A stretch of 64,000 nt of DNA from Sulfurospirillum sp. (GTDB lineage Bacteria > Campylobacterota > Campylobacteria > Campylobacterales > Sulfurospirillaceae), in the NCBI GenBank assembly GCA_045047115.1, contig JASFYR010000033.1, positions 1 to 64,000 of the forward strand. Reading direction: 5' to 3'. The number at the start of each line of letters is the position of its first letter. Position 1 is the first letter of the stretch. The position numbers and the translations under genes were made by a program. Below, piece by piece: positions 20,855 through 29,635 of the stretch. The notes under the pieces are model-generated. The model did not search any database and was not told where the DNA came from. It worked only from the letters and a program-made list of their open reading frames with translations.

Positions 20855-21068
20855 AATAACTCTCCTCCACCTCTTCTATGATGCCACTTTCATATAATAT
20901 ATCTTCTATAAGTCTATTTTTAGAGATATTTAACTTGGAGCTAAGAGTCTGCAGGGCAAGGTCAAGTTTCTTATCTATTTTTATACTTAATTGAGAAACT
21001 TCTCTTTTGGTTTGATTTTTTTTGATGACATTTTTTATGATCTCATTTGAATATTTCATCTTTGCCAA
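20835..21068 (-). CDS. Ribbon-helix-helix (CopG/Arc/MetJ-like) DNA-binding protein
   Basis: Strand SQLSIKID, helix KKLDLALQTLSSKL, turn NIS, helix KNRLIEDIL; AGGGG RBS. Confidence 0.75.
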   Translation of the reverse strand: MAKMKYSNEIIKNVIKKNQTKREVSQLSIKIDKKLDLALQTLSSKLNISKNRLIEDILYESGIIEEVEESYCGQISY

Positions 21069-21082
21069 ATTAAGCCCCTTTG

Positions 21083-21103
21083 AGTATTACTAAAAGTATT
21101 ACT
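21083..21103. promoter_or_regulatory. Tandem AGTATTACT boxes, candidate RHH operator
   Basis: Two identical interrupted palindromes (AGTA-T-TACT) at 21083-21091 and 21095-21103, just upstream of the RHH RBS. Confidence 0.5.
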
Positions 21104-21287
21104 TTAATTTCAATAAGAGTATCATAATATAATTTTTATCAATTTGCATTTAAGAAGAATATAATTTTTTTAGAAAATTTTTTTAGAAAATTTTTAAAAG
21201 TAGCTTTTATCTTGATATTTAGGGGTTTAAATAGATTATACCAAATTTTAAATTTTTTTTGTAAAGTTACGAAAAGTAGCAAAAAGT

Positions 21288-21320
21288 ATAACCACACTAA
21301 AGATTTTTTAGTGTGGTTAT
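21288..21320 (-). terminator. Terminator after small coiled-coil gene
   Basis: ATAACCACACTAAA-5 nt-TTTAGTGTGGTTAT 14-bp stem, followed by a U tract on the minus strand. Confidence 0.75.
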
Positions 21321-21326
21321 GAGATT

Positions 21327-21566
21327 TTAATCTTTAAGTTTTGTAAGAATCTCTTGATTGAGTTCTATATTTTTCTTGTTATGCTGGATTTTTTCGTGAT
21401 GGGTATCCAGTTTAGATTTGTTTGTTTTGATCAACTCTTTGTTTGTGTTGATTTCTGATCTGTTGAGTTCAATGATTTCATTTAAAGCATTCAACCTTTT
21501 TTCATATTTATTAACAAGGTAATAAACAACATAAACTAAAACTGCGACAAGTATCCACTGCAACAT
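21327..21566 (-). CDS. Small membrane-anchored coiled-coil protein
   Basis: AAGGAG RBS, N-terminal TM helix, heptad N/I repeats. Confidence 0.7.
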   Translation of the reverse strand: MLQWILVAVLVYVVYYLVNKYEKRLNALNEIIELNRSEINTNKELIKTNKSKLDTHHEKIQHNKKNIELNQEILTKLKD

Positions 21567-21723
21567 ATCTGCTCCTTTATGGGACGGGGATTTATTTTTC
21601 GCGTAATTGTACTCTAAAAAATAAAATTACAACTCAGCAATATTTATTAACTCTATGTTTTAAAATTCTCTTAAGAGCAACTTCGATACCCTTATGAAAA
21701 TTATACCATAATTAAGGTGATAG

Positions 21724-22563
21724 ATGAAGATAGCTATAAGTGGTGCCAGTGGATTTATAGGTTCACATTTGCGAAAAAGATTTGAAAACTGTACAGTTTT
21801 AAACAGAGATGATAGCGAAGAAGATATTTTAAAAAAATTAGAAGATGTGGATACGGTTATAAATCTAGCGGGTGCACCGGTAGTGCAAAAATGGGATGAA
21901 GAGTATAAGAAGATTTTGATATCAAGTCGTATAGATACCACAAAAAAACTTGTAAGTGCCATTGATAAAAGTGAGGTAAAACAGTTTATTTCTGCCTCTG
22001 CGATAGGAGTTTATCCTAACGATAAATGCTGTGACGAAACTTGCAAAGAGGTGGCAAAAGATTTTTTATCAGATTTGGTGCAAGAGTGGGAAAGAGAAGC
22101 AAAAAAGTGTGAAAAAACTACTGCTATTTTAAGATTTGGAGTTGTTTTGGGCACAGACGGGGGAGCTTTTGGTACAATGTTGCCAACTTTCAAATTGGGA
22201 TTGGGCGGAACGATAGGAAATGGATCCATGATGACAAGCTGGATAGATATAGAAGATGTGATGAGAATTTATGAGTTTATTATGCAAAAGAGGTTAAAAG
22301 GAGTTTTCAATGCAGTTTCTCCAGGTCCTATAACAAATTTTGCCTATACAAAAGCTATAGGTAAAGCAATTTTCAGACCCACAGTTTTTCCTTTGCCGTT
22401 GGTTGTGGCGAAGATGCTCTTTGGCGAGGGAGTTATAATATTAAGTGGTTCAAAAGAGATATATCCAAAGAGGCTTTTAGATAGTGGGTTTAAGTTTAAG
22501 TATCCGGATATAAACTCCTCTTTGGCTCACTTGTTGAAAAAGGCTAAAGAAAAAGAGTTATAA
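21724..22563 (+). CDS. TIGR01777 family NAD-dependent epimerase/oxidoreductase (YfcH-like)
   Basis: GASGFIG, INLAGA, LRFGVVLG, FKLGLGG and PKRLLDSGFKFKYP. Confidence 0.92.
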   Translation: MKIAISGASGFIGSHLRKRFENCTVLNRDDSEEDILKKLEDVDTVINLAGAPVVQKWDEEYKKILISSRIDTTKKLVSAIDKSEVKQFISASAIGVYPNDKCCDETCKEVAKDFLSDLVQEWEREAKKCEKTTAILRFGVVLGTDGGAFGTMLPTFKLGLGGTIGNGSMMTSWIDIEDVMRIYEFIMQKRLKGVFNAVSPGPITNFAYTKAIGKAIFRPTVFPLPLVVAKMLFGEGVIILSGSKEIYPKRLLDSGFKFKYPDINSSLAHLLKKAKEKEL

Positions 22564-22777
22564 CCTCTTGTTCATTTAAGATTTTACCTCTTGATTTTAC
22601 CTCGCCGTCTATAACGATAGCAGGGGTGCTCATCACACCATAACTCATCACCTCTATCATATCTTCAACTTTTTCTAATTTAGCAAATTTTCCTGTAGTT
22701 GCCAAGGCCTTTTTTACTATCTCCATCTGTGCATCACAATTTGCACAACATTCACTGCCTAAAACTTTTATATCCAT
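22544..22777 (-). CDS. Small redox-active disulfide thioredoxin-family protein (MTH895-like)
   Basis: IKVLGSECCANC, YGVMSTPAIVIDG; typical neighbour of ArsP. Confidence 0.88.
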   Translation of the reverse strand: MDIKVLGSECCANCDAQMEIVKKALATTGKFAKLEKVEDMIEVMSYGVMSTPAIVIDGEVKSRGKILNEQEVITLFL

Positions 22778-22800
22778 ATTGTTTCTCCTTATATAATTTT

Positions 22801-23745
22801 CTATAAAATTGCATTAAAAAGATAACCGACTAGGATTATCCCTATTCCTACTATGCTAAAAAACAGCATAATCAATCTCCAACTCATCACTTTTTTTAAA
22901 ATCATTGCCTCAGGAAGAGATAGAGCGACTACGGCCATCATAAATGACAAAGCTGTTCCCATAAGCATTCCTTTTGAAGTAAGTGGCTCTATTAGCGGAG
23001 CTACGGTAGAAGCTCCCGCATACATAGGAATACCCATAATCACAGCTATAAAAACTGCAAAGGGATTATCGCTTCCCGCATATTTTGTTATAAAATCAGC
23101 AGGGATAAATCCATGTATTATAGCGCCAACGAAGATACCCGCAAATATATATAGGTATATGTCTTTCATGATTTGTATAGTGTTTTTCCAGGCATCTTTG
23201 AGCCGTTGTCTAAATATAATTTTGATAAAAGATGCATTTTTGACTTGTTGCATGTATGGTAGATTGATGAGAATATCTTCATCTCTGCTTACTTTATCAA
23301 CGATAAAACCACCGATGATTGCTGTTGCTAATCCGAACAGAGTATACAAGAAGGCAATTTTCCAGCCAAAAGTGGCAAATAGTATGGCGATAGCTATTTC
23401 GTTATTCATAGGGCTGCTGATAAGAAAGGAGAATGTTGCACTTCTTGGTATTTTAGCTTGTGTAAAACCTAGAAAAAGAGGTATAGACGAACAAGAGCAA
23501 AATGGAGTCAATATACCAAATATGGCAGCAAGTAAATTTCCGATAAATTTTGATTTGCCTTGTATGAAATCCCTCACGGTTTCCGAATCTATATATGTCT
23601 GTATAAAAGAGATGATATAGACAATAATAAGTACAAGAACTAAAATCTTAATAGAATCATAGATAAAAAAATGTACGGAATCGGCAAAATTACCGCTTAT
23701 ATTGAGCAGGTCAAAGACTAGATAGTTAACAATTTGATTCCACAT
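22801..23745 (-). CDS. arsP: DUF318 permease, ArsP organoarsenical efflux family
   Basis: TPFCSCSSIP, FLISSP, GIPMY and ALSLPE motifs. Confidence 0.85.
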   Translation of the reverse strand: MWNQIVNYLVFDLLNISGNFADSVHFFIYDSIKILVLVLIIVYIISFIQTYIDSETVRDFIQGKSKFIGNLLAAIFGILTPFCSCSSIPLFLGFTQAKIPRSATFSFLISSPMNNEIAIAILFATFGWKIAFLYTLFGLATAIIGGFIVDKVSRDEDILINLPYMQQVKNASFIKIIFRQRLKDAWKNTIQIMKDIYLYIFAGIFVGAIIHGFIPADFITKYAGSDNPFAVFIAVIMGIPMYAGASTVAPLIEPLTSKGMLMGTALSFMMAVVALSLPEAMILKKVMSWRLIMLFFSIVGIGIILVGYLFNAIL

Positions 23746-23774
23746 TTATACTCCTGAAAAATAAAGATTTCAGA

Positions 23775-23803
23775 AGTATAGCAGATTATATATGATATAT
23801 CAA
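23775..23803 (-). promoter_or_regulatory. sigma70 promoter for arsP
   Basis: Minus strand TTGATA-17 nt-TATACT with extended TGn. Confidence 0.6.
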
Positions 23804-23827
23804 CCTATGTAGATATATCATATATAA
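23786..23827. repeat. 16-bp perfect inverted repeat, candidate operator or terminator
   Basis: TTATATATGATATATC-10 nt-GATATATCATATATAA. Confidence 0.7.
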
Positions 23828-24548
23828 ATTCAGTTTTTAAACCTTTTTTATGCACTTCTTTGATTTGTAGATTTTCCAGCTCCATATTCCTAAAGTTTTC
23901 TAGCGTTGTGATATTGTTCAATGCTAATTGTCTAAGAACAACTCCTCTGTAAGCCTTTGCCCAATGACTTACAACTTTGCTGTTTTTCATAAATTTCATT
24001 GTTATATGCGGATATGGAATTTTGTAAAATTTTTCATAAAATCCTGCTCTTAGATCTACGATAAACTCGTTTTCAAGTAGCTTATCAAGAGCAAAACTAA
24101 AATTCTCTTTGTAAAAAGTTTCAGTTTTGAAGCCCTCAAGAGTTGAGCCCTGTTTCAGTCTGTAAATCGGCAGATTATTATGGGCAAGAACAGGACCGAA
24201 AAGATTTGAAAATATAATCACATTTTTATCTATATACATCTTATAAGCATCAGGAATCGTATCGTAGTTTAGATAATTATACGCAACTCCTGTGTATCTT
24301 TGGATAGCTTTACATGTAGAGGATGATTTTATATCTATATTTGAAAGTTCTTTGCATCTGTTTTCATCTTTTAGACCAAAGATATTTTTTAGTCTTTTTA
24401 TGTCGTTTGAGACAAGAATATCCTGGTATTTCTGAAAAACTTCCAATCTTTTTTCATATAGATTTTTGCAACAAAATGAGTTTTTGTTTATTGATTGATT
24501 TGTGGCAAGGATGCTTTTACTCTCGCTAGGAGAAAATAGTATCTTCAA
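23805..24548 (-). CDS. yaaA: YaaA/DUF328 family peroxide stress protein
   Basis: LFSPSESK, AIQRYTGVAY, FSNLFG, YRLKQG and SHWAKAYRG. Likely start is TTG 24548 with GGAGA RBS. Confidence 0.88.
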   Translation of the reverse strand: MKILFSPSESKSILATNQSINKNSFCCKNLYEKRLEVFQKYQDILVSNDIKRLKNIFGLKDENRCKELSNIDIKSSSTCKAIQRYTGVAYNYLNYDTIPDAYKMYIDKNVIIFSNLFGPVLAHNNLPIYRLKQGSTLEGFKTETFYKENFSFALDKLLENEFIVDLRAGFYEKFYKIPYPHITMKFMKNSKVVSHWAKAYRGVVLRQLALNNITTLENFRNMELENLQIKEVHKKGLKTEFIYDIST

Positions 24549-24549
24549 A

Positions 24550-24621
24550 TCATCTCTCCCGTAGGAGACAGCGTCTTTTGTCTGGATAAAATAGACCCGT
24601 TTTCTCAAAGATTGTATTCAT
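24550..24621 (-). CDS. Candidate 23-aa leader peptide MNTIFEKTGLFYPDKRRCLLRER
   Basis: TGaTATAAT promoter (TATAAT at 24651-24656) and AGAAGGG RBS. The stop ends 1 nt before the yaaA TTG. Confidence 0.5.
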   Translation of the reverse strand: MNTIFEKTGLFYPDKRRCLLRER

Positions 24622-24667
24622 TTGGGAACCCTTCTTGGAAAATTTGCGATATTATATCAAAAAAGTA

Positions 24668-24696
24668 TTGACATTGAAGTATATTTGAGATATAAT
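24668..24696 (+). promoter_or_regulatory. Consensus sigma70 promoter of the tRNA-tuf operon
   Basis: TTGACA-17 nt-TATAAT. Confidence 0.9.
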
Positions 24697-24715
24697 TTCA
24701 CCTCACAAATTAGGT

Positions 24716-24791
24716 GCTGGCGTAGCTCAGTTGGTAGAGCAGCTGTCTTGTAAACAGCAGGTCGGCGGTTCAAGTCCGTTTGCCAGCTCCA
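24716..24791 (+). tRNA. tRNA-Thr (TGT)
   Basis: Cloverleaf, anticodon loop CTTGTAA, CCA end. Confidence 0.97.
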
Positions 24792-24847
24792 TTTTTTTTG
24801 TGAATTGTAACAGTGTTTGACCAGACAAAAAATGGTATATATAAAAG

Positions 24848-24933
<86 letters not shown>

Positions 24934-24943
24934 TTTAACATTT

Positions 24944-25020
24944 GCGGGAGTAGCTCAGTTGGCTAGAGCATTAGCCTTCCAAGCTGGGGGTCGCGGGTTC
25001 GAGTCCCGTCTCCCGCTCCA
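24944..25020 (+). tRNA. tRNA-Gly (TCC)
   Basis: GCGGGAG/CTCCCGC acceptor, loop CTTCCAA, CCA end. Confidence 0.97.
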
Positions 25021-25156
25021 GATTTTATTTACTGGGAGCTGTTGAATTTTTTCTGCTTTTTTCAAATTACAGAACAAGTTCACCACTCTAACCTTTAAAT
25101 ATATAATCAACTTGTTATAATATTTGGTAAAATGATGTAGTTATGAGCGCTTTTAT

Positions 25157-25231
<75 letters not shown>

Positions 25232-25306
25232 TAACATAATATATAAAAAACCGTTTTATAGAAGATATAAAACATAAAATTGTAAAAAACCTTAACGGAG
25301 GAAGAA

Positions 25307-26506
25307 ATGGCAAAGGAAAAGTATTCAAGAACAAAGCCACATGTAAATGTAGGTACAATTGGTCATGTTGACCATGGTAAAACAACTCTGACAGCTGCTA
25401 TATCAGCGGTTCTTTCAGCAAAAGGTCTTGCTGAATTTAAAGACTTTGATGGAATTGATAATGCACCAGAAGAGAGAGAAAGAGGTATCACGATAGCAAC
25501 TTCTCATATCGAATATGAGACAGAGAATCGTCACTATGCACATGTTGACTGCCCAGGTCACGCGGATTATGTTAAAAACATGATTACAGGTGCTGCGCAA
25601 ATGGATGGTGCGATCTTGGTTGTTTCAGCTGCAGATGGTCCTATGCCACAAACTAGAGAGCATATCTTGCTGTCTCGTCAAGTGGGCGTACCTTATATAG
25701 TAGTATTTATGAATAAATCAGATATGGTTGATGATGAAGAACTACTTGAATTAGTAGAGATGGAAATCAGAGAACTGCTAAGTGAATATGACTTCCCGGG
25801 TGATGATACTCCTATCGTTGCAGGCTCAGCCCTAAAAGCTCTTGAAGAAGCTAAAGATGGAAATGTTGGTGAATGGGGTGAAAAAATTCTTGAGTTGATG
25901 GCTCAAGTAGATGAGTATATTCCAACTCCGGTAAGAGATACAGATCAAGATTTCTTGATGCCAGTTGAAGATGTTTTCTCAATTTCAGGTCGTGGTACAG
26001 TTGTAACAGGAAGAATTGAAAAAGGTACAATCAAAGTTGGTGAAGAGATTGAAATTGTAGGTATTAAAGATACTCAAAAGACTATTGTAACAGGTGTTGA
26101 AATGTTCCATAAAGAGATGGATCAAGGCGAAGCCGGCGACAACTGTGGTATTCTTTTAAGAGGTACTAAAAAAGAAGATGTTGAGAGAGGTATGGTGCTT
26201 TGTAAGCCAGGCTCAATCACTCCTCATACAAATTTTGAAGCTGAAGTTTATATTCTTAGCAAAGAAGAGGGTGGAAGACATACTCCTTTCTTTAACAACT
26301 ATAGACCTCAATTTTATGTAAGAACTACAGATGTTACAGGCTCAATTACTCTACCGGAAGGTACAGAGATGGTAATGCCAGGTGATAATGTTAAAATTAA
26401 TGTTGAATTGATTACTCCAATTGCATTGGATGAAGGTACTAGATTTGCAATCCGTGAGGGTGGTAGAACTGTTGGTGCCGGTGTTGTTTCTAAAATAAAC
26501 AAATAA
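25307..26506 (+). CDS. tuf: Elongation factor Tu
   Basis: [24 protein letters not shown] and [10 protein letters not shown]. Confidence 0.99.
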   Translation: MAKEKYSRTKPHVNVGTIGHVDHGKTTLTAAISAVLSAKGLAEFKDFDGIDNAPEERERGITIATSHIEYETENRHYAHVDCPGHADYVKNMITGAAQMDGAILVVSAADGPMPQTREHILLSRQVGVPYIVVFMNKSDMVDDEELLELVEMEIRELLSEYDFPGDDTPIVAGSALKALEEAKDGNVGEWGEKILELMAQVDEYIPTPVRDTDQDFLMPVEDVFSISGRGTVVTGRIEKGTIKVGEEIEIVGIKDTQKTIVTGVEMFHKEMDQGEAGDNCGILLRGTKKEDVERGMVLCKPGSITPHTNFEAEVYILSKEEGGRHTPFFNNYRPQFYVRTTDVTGSITLPEGTEMVMPGDNVKINVELITPIALDEGTRFAIREGGRTVGAGVVSKINK

Positions 26507-26512
26507 TTTTTA

Positions 26513-26540
26513 AACCAGAGGAGAAAGAGCTCCTCTGGTT
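26513..26540 (+). terminator. Hairpin after tuf
   Basis: AACCAGAGGAG-6 nt-CTCCTCTGGTT. Confidence 0.6.
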
Positions 26541-26559
26541 AATATAGAAGGAAAAATAG

Positions 26560-26718
26560 ATGACTACTAAAATAGGTCTAAAATGTAGCGAGTGTGGAGA
26601 CATTAACTACACAACTACAAAAAACAGTAAAACAAATACTGAAAAAATGGAATTAAGTAAGTATTGTCCAAGACTTAAAAAGCATACAATACACAAAGAA
26701 GTAAAATTAAAGAGTTAA
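26560..26718 (+). CDS. rpmG: 50S ribosomal protein L33 (not in ORF track)
   Basis: Manual translation [52 protein letters not shown]. Confidence 0.97.
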   Translation: MTTKIGLKCSECGDINYTTTKNSKTNTEKMELSKYCPRLKKHTIHKEVKLKS

Positions 26719-26736
26719 GTTTTTAACTCTTAACAT

Positions 26737-26813
26737 AGGGCAGTAGCTCCAATTGGTAGAGCGTCGGTCTCCAAAACCGCAGGTTGTGGGTTCGAGTCCC
26801 CCCTGCCCTGCCA
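26737..26813 (+). tRNA. tRNA-Trp (CCA)
   Basis: AGGGCAG/CTGCCCT acceptor, loop CTCCAAA; canonical position before secE. Confidence 0.95.
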
Positions 26814-26831
26814 CTAGTCTAAGGTGATACA

Positions 26832-27011
26832 ATGGAAAAATTAAAAAGTTATTATCAAGCAGCAAAAATAGAGTTATCAAAGGTTATATTTCCTACTACA
26901 GATCAGATTAGGAATGCTTTTATATCTGTATTTGTTGTTGTTACAGTAGTTTCACTATTTTTGGCGATAATAGATATGATTATGTCTTATACATTATCAA
27001 CCATAATATAA
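26832..27011 (+). CDS. secE: Preprotein translocase SecE (not in ORF track)
   Basis: MEKLKSYYQAAKIELSKVIFPT followed by a single TM helix; directly before nusG. Confidence 0.96.
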   Translation: MEKLKSYYQAAKIELSKVIFPTTDQIRNAFISVFVVVTVVSLFLAIIDMIMSYTLSTII

Positions 27012-27023
27012 GCGGGATTTAAT

Positions 27024-27554
27024 ATGTCACATAAATGGTATGCTATACAAACATATGCAGGAAGCGAACAGAGTGTAAAAAGAGCGATAGAAACTCTTGT
27101 TAGGGATAATGGAGTCGAAGATAAGCTGAAAAATATACTTGTTCCCACTGAAGATGTTATAGAAGTTAAAAATGGTGAGAAAAAGATCACGGAAAGAAGT
27201 ATATACCCAGGTTATGCTTTTGTTGAGATTGATCTAGATACATCACTTTGGCAAAAGATACAGTCGTTGCCCAAGGTTGGAAGATTCATTGGTGAGTCAA
27301 AAAGACCAACACCACTCAGCGAGAAAGATATAAGCGTGATACTTGAAAAAGCACATAAAAAAGGCGCCCCAAAACCAAAGATATTTTTCGAGAATGGTGA
27401 AAGTGTCAGAATCACAGAAGGACCTTTTGCAAACTTTACAGGTATGGTTGAAGAGTATGATATGGAACATGGAAAACTTAGACTAAATGTTTCGATATTT
27501 GGAAGAAGTACACCAGTTGAGATTTTGTACTCACAAGTAGAAAAAATAGTTTAA
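27024..27554 (+). CDS. nusG: Transcription termination/antitermination factor NusG
   Basis: KWYAIQTYAGSE, YPGY, KOW motif GPFANFTG, VSIFGRSTPVE. Confidence 0.99.
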   Translation: MSHKWYAIQTYAGSEQSVKRAIETLVRDNGVEDKLKNILVPTEDVIEVKNGEKKITERSIYPGYAFVEIDLDTSLWQKIQSLPKVGRFIGESKRPTPLSEKDISVILEKAHKKGAPKPKIFFENGESVRITEGPFANFTGMVEEYDMEHGKLRLNVSIFGRSTPVEILYSQVEKIV

Positions 27555-27602
27555 AAGTAAAATCTTTTCTATGGCGTAGCAATAGTAAAGATAATTCTTG
27601 AT

Positions 27603-27697
27603 AATGTAAACCCTCTCGCCAAAGGCGTAGCTTTAGTGAGATGAATTTAATATGAGCTTTGCTCATATTAAAGAAGAAATTAAATGAAAGAAGGAAA
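27603..27697 (+). repeat. Hairpin cassette copy A (95 bp), nusG-rplK spacer
   Basis: Identical to 29536-29630 at 93 of 95 positions. Contains GCGTAGC- and GAGCTTTGCTC-tipped hairpins. Confidence 0.92.
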
Positions 27698-27702
27698 GAT
27701 AA

Positions 27703-28128
27703 ATGGCTAAAAAAGTAATTGGTGAAATAAAATTACAGATTGCAGCAGCAAAAGCAAATCCATCACCTCCTGTTGGACCAGCTCTTGGTCAGCAAGGTGT
27801 AAATATTATGGAATTTTGTAAAGCATTTAATGAAAAAACAAAAGATATGATGGGTTATAATATACCTGTTGTTATAACCGTGTATGCTGATAGAAGTTTT
27901 ACTTTTATCACTAAACAACCACCAGCAAGTGATTTGATTAAAAAAGCTGCAGGAATTGCAAAAGGTAGTGATAACCCACTTAAAAATAAAGTTGCAAATT
28001 TAACAAAAGATCAAGTTCTTGAGATTGTTGAGAAGAAGATTGCAGACTTAAATACCGATGACAGAGAAGCTGCTTCAAAGATTATTGAAGGTAGTGCAAG
28101 AAGTATGGGAATTACAGTTTCACAATAG
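27703..28128 (+). CDS. rplK: 50S ribosomal protein L11
   Basis: [13 protein letters not shown] and GSARSMG. Confidence 0.99.
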   Translation: MAKKVIGEIKLQIAAAKANPSPPVGPALGQQGVNIMEFCKAFNEKTKDMMGYNIPVVITVYADRSFTFITKQPPASDLIKKAAGIAKGSDNPLKNKVANLTKDQVLEIVEKKIADLNTDDREAASKIIEGSARSMGITVSQ

Positions 28129-28185
28129 TTTTAAACCTTAACCACTAAGGCAAAAGTGGAAGCAAAATTAGCGGAGAGAAATAAA

Positions 28186-28890
28186 ATGGCAAAAAAGTTA
28201 ACTAAAAGATTTCAAGAGTTGGTAAAAAAAGTTGATCTTGAAAAAAAATATAGCATAGAAGAAGCACTGGGAAATATAAAAAATCTTGCAAGTGCGAAAT
28301 TTGATGAGACTATAGAGATGGCTCTAAAATTAAATGTTGATCCAAGACATGCAGATCAAATGGTAAGAGGCTCGGTTGTTTTACCAGCAGGTACTGGCAA
28401 AAAAGTAAAAGTTGCTGTCATAGCGAAAGATGCTAAGATAGATGAAGCCAAAGCAGCAGGAGCTGATTTGGTCGGAAGCGATGATTTGATAGCTGATATC
28501 CAAGCTGGCAAAATTGATTTTGACGTCTTAATAGCAACTCCAAATATGATGGGTATGGTCGGTAAAGTTGGTAGGATTTTAGGGCCAAAAGGTATGATGC
28601 CAAATCCAAAAACAGGTACTGTTACTATGGATGTGGCAAAAGCAGTTGAGAACTTCAAGGGTGGTCAGGTAAACTTTAGAGTTGACAAACAGGGTAATAT
28701 CCACGCTGGTATTGGTAAAATTAGTTTTACCGATGAGCAAATTAAAGATAACTTTTTAACATTTATCAGAGCTGTAAACAAACATAAACCAGCTGCTTCA
28801 AAAGGTAAGTATATAAAAAATGCTGCAATATCATTGACTATGAGTCCTTCTATTGCACTAGATAATCAAGAGCTTATAGATTTAAAATAA
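28186..28890 (+). CDS. rplA: 50S ribosomal protein L1
   Basis: [22 protein letters not shown]; start ATG 28186. Confidence 0.99.
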   Translation: MAKKLTKRFQELVKKVDLEKKYSIEEALGNIKNLASAKFDETIEMALKLNVDPRHADQMVRGSVVLPAGTGKKVKVAVIAKDAKIDEAKAAGADLVGSDDLIADIQAGKIDFDVLIATPNMMGMVGKVGRILGPKGMMPNPKTGTVTMDVAKAVENFKGGQVNFRVDKQGNIHAGIGKISFTDEQIKDNFLTFIRAVNKHKPAASKGKYIKNAAISLTMSPSIALDNQELIDLK

Positions 28891-28924
28891 AAACATGGGA
28901 GCTTAGCGCTCCTAAAAAAATCTT

Positions 28925-28985
28925 TGATTGGAGATAGTCGAGGTTTAGGCTTAATTTGGAATTGTTCCATCTCTGCTTGAAATCA
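28925..28985 (+). ncRNA. L10 leader (rplJ autoregulatory cis element)
   Basis: TGATT-GGAGATAG...GAGG...TTAA...CTCTGCT-TGAAATCA long interrupted hairpin immediately upstream of rplJ, matching the L10 leader layout. Confidence 0.7.
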
Positions 28986-29005
28986 CCAGTCGGAAAGGAG
29001 AAAAA

Positions 29006-29488
29006 TTGACAAAAAGTGAAAAAGTTGAATTAGTAAATCAGCTGAGCGAGGATTTTAAAGCTTCCGACGCACTAATCGTTTGTAACTTTAAAGGTTTAAA
29101 TACAAAATCACTTGAGGCATTAAGAAATAGTGCTAGAGAAAAAAATGTAAAAGTACAAATTACAAAAAATACTCTTGCAGCTATTGCTATGAAAAATGCT
29201 GAAATTGACGGTATTGAGTTAAAAGATACAAATATTTTTGTATGGGGCGAAGATCAGTTGGATGTGACAAAAGTTGTTGCAAAATTTGCTGAAGCAAATA
29301 AAATTTTTGAGATTAAAACTGGATTTGTTGCAGGTGAAATTGCTGATGCTGCTAAGATTGAAGCACTTTCCAAGCTACCATCAAGAGATGAGCTCATCGG
29401 AATGTTGTTGCAAACTTGGATGGCACCAGTTACAAATTTTACAATTGGTTTGGATGCTTTAAGAGCGAAAAAAGAAGAGAGTGTATAA
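29006..29488 (+). CDS. rplJ: 50S ribosomal protein L10
   Basis: FKGL, KNTLA and [10 protein letters not shown]. Confidence 0.98.
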   Translation: MTKSEKVELVNQLSEDFKASDALIVCNFKGLNTKSLEALRNSAREKNVKVQITKNTLAAIAMKNAEIDGIELKDTNIFVWGEDQLDVTKVVAKFAEANKIFEIKTGFVAGEIADAAKIEALSKLPSRDELIGMLLQTWMAPVTNFTIGLDALRAKKEESV

Positions 29489-29535
29489 TACTCAGATTCT
29501 CTCCACAAGGCGTAGCTTTAGTGAGTTTGGTTTAA

Positions 29536-29630
29536 AATGTAAACACTCTCGCCAAAGGCGTAGCTTTAGTGAGATGAATTTAATATGAGCTTTGCTCATA
29601 TTAAAGAAGAAATTAAATGAAAAAAGGAAA
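29536..29630 (+). repeat. Hairpin cassette copy B (95 bp), rplJ-rplL spacer
   Basis: Near-identical to 27603-27697. Preceded by a degenerate extra unit containing AAGGCGTAGCTTTAGTGAG at about 29494-29529. Confidence 0.92.
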
Positions 29631-29635
29631 ATAAT

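Noticed and set aside
22853..23620. 255-aa plus-strand ORF
   Set aside because: Antisense shadow of arsP; no recognisable motifs or RBS.
24549..24608. N-terminal extension of YaaA given by the ORF track
   Set aside because: Family similarity begins at LKILFSPSE, and an SD precedes TTG 24548.
27632..27710. Chain of tiny ATGA-overlapping ORFs ([23 protein letters not shown]) in cassette copies A/B
   Set aside because: Easily arises by chance in AT-rich DNA and lacks clear SDs; noted but not supported.
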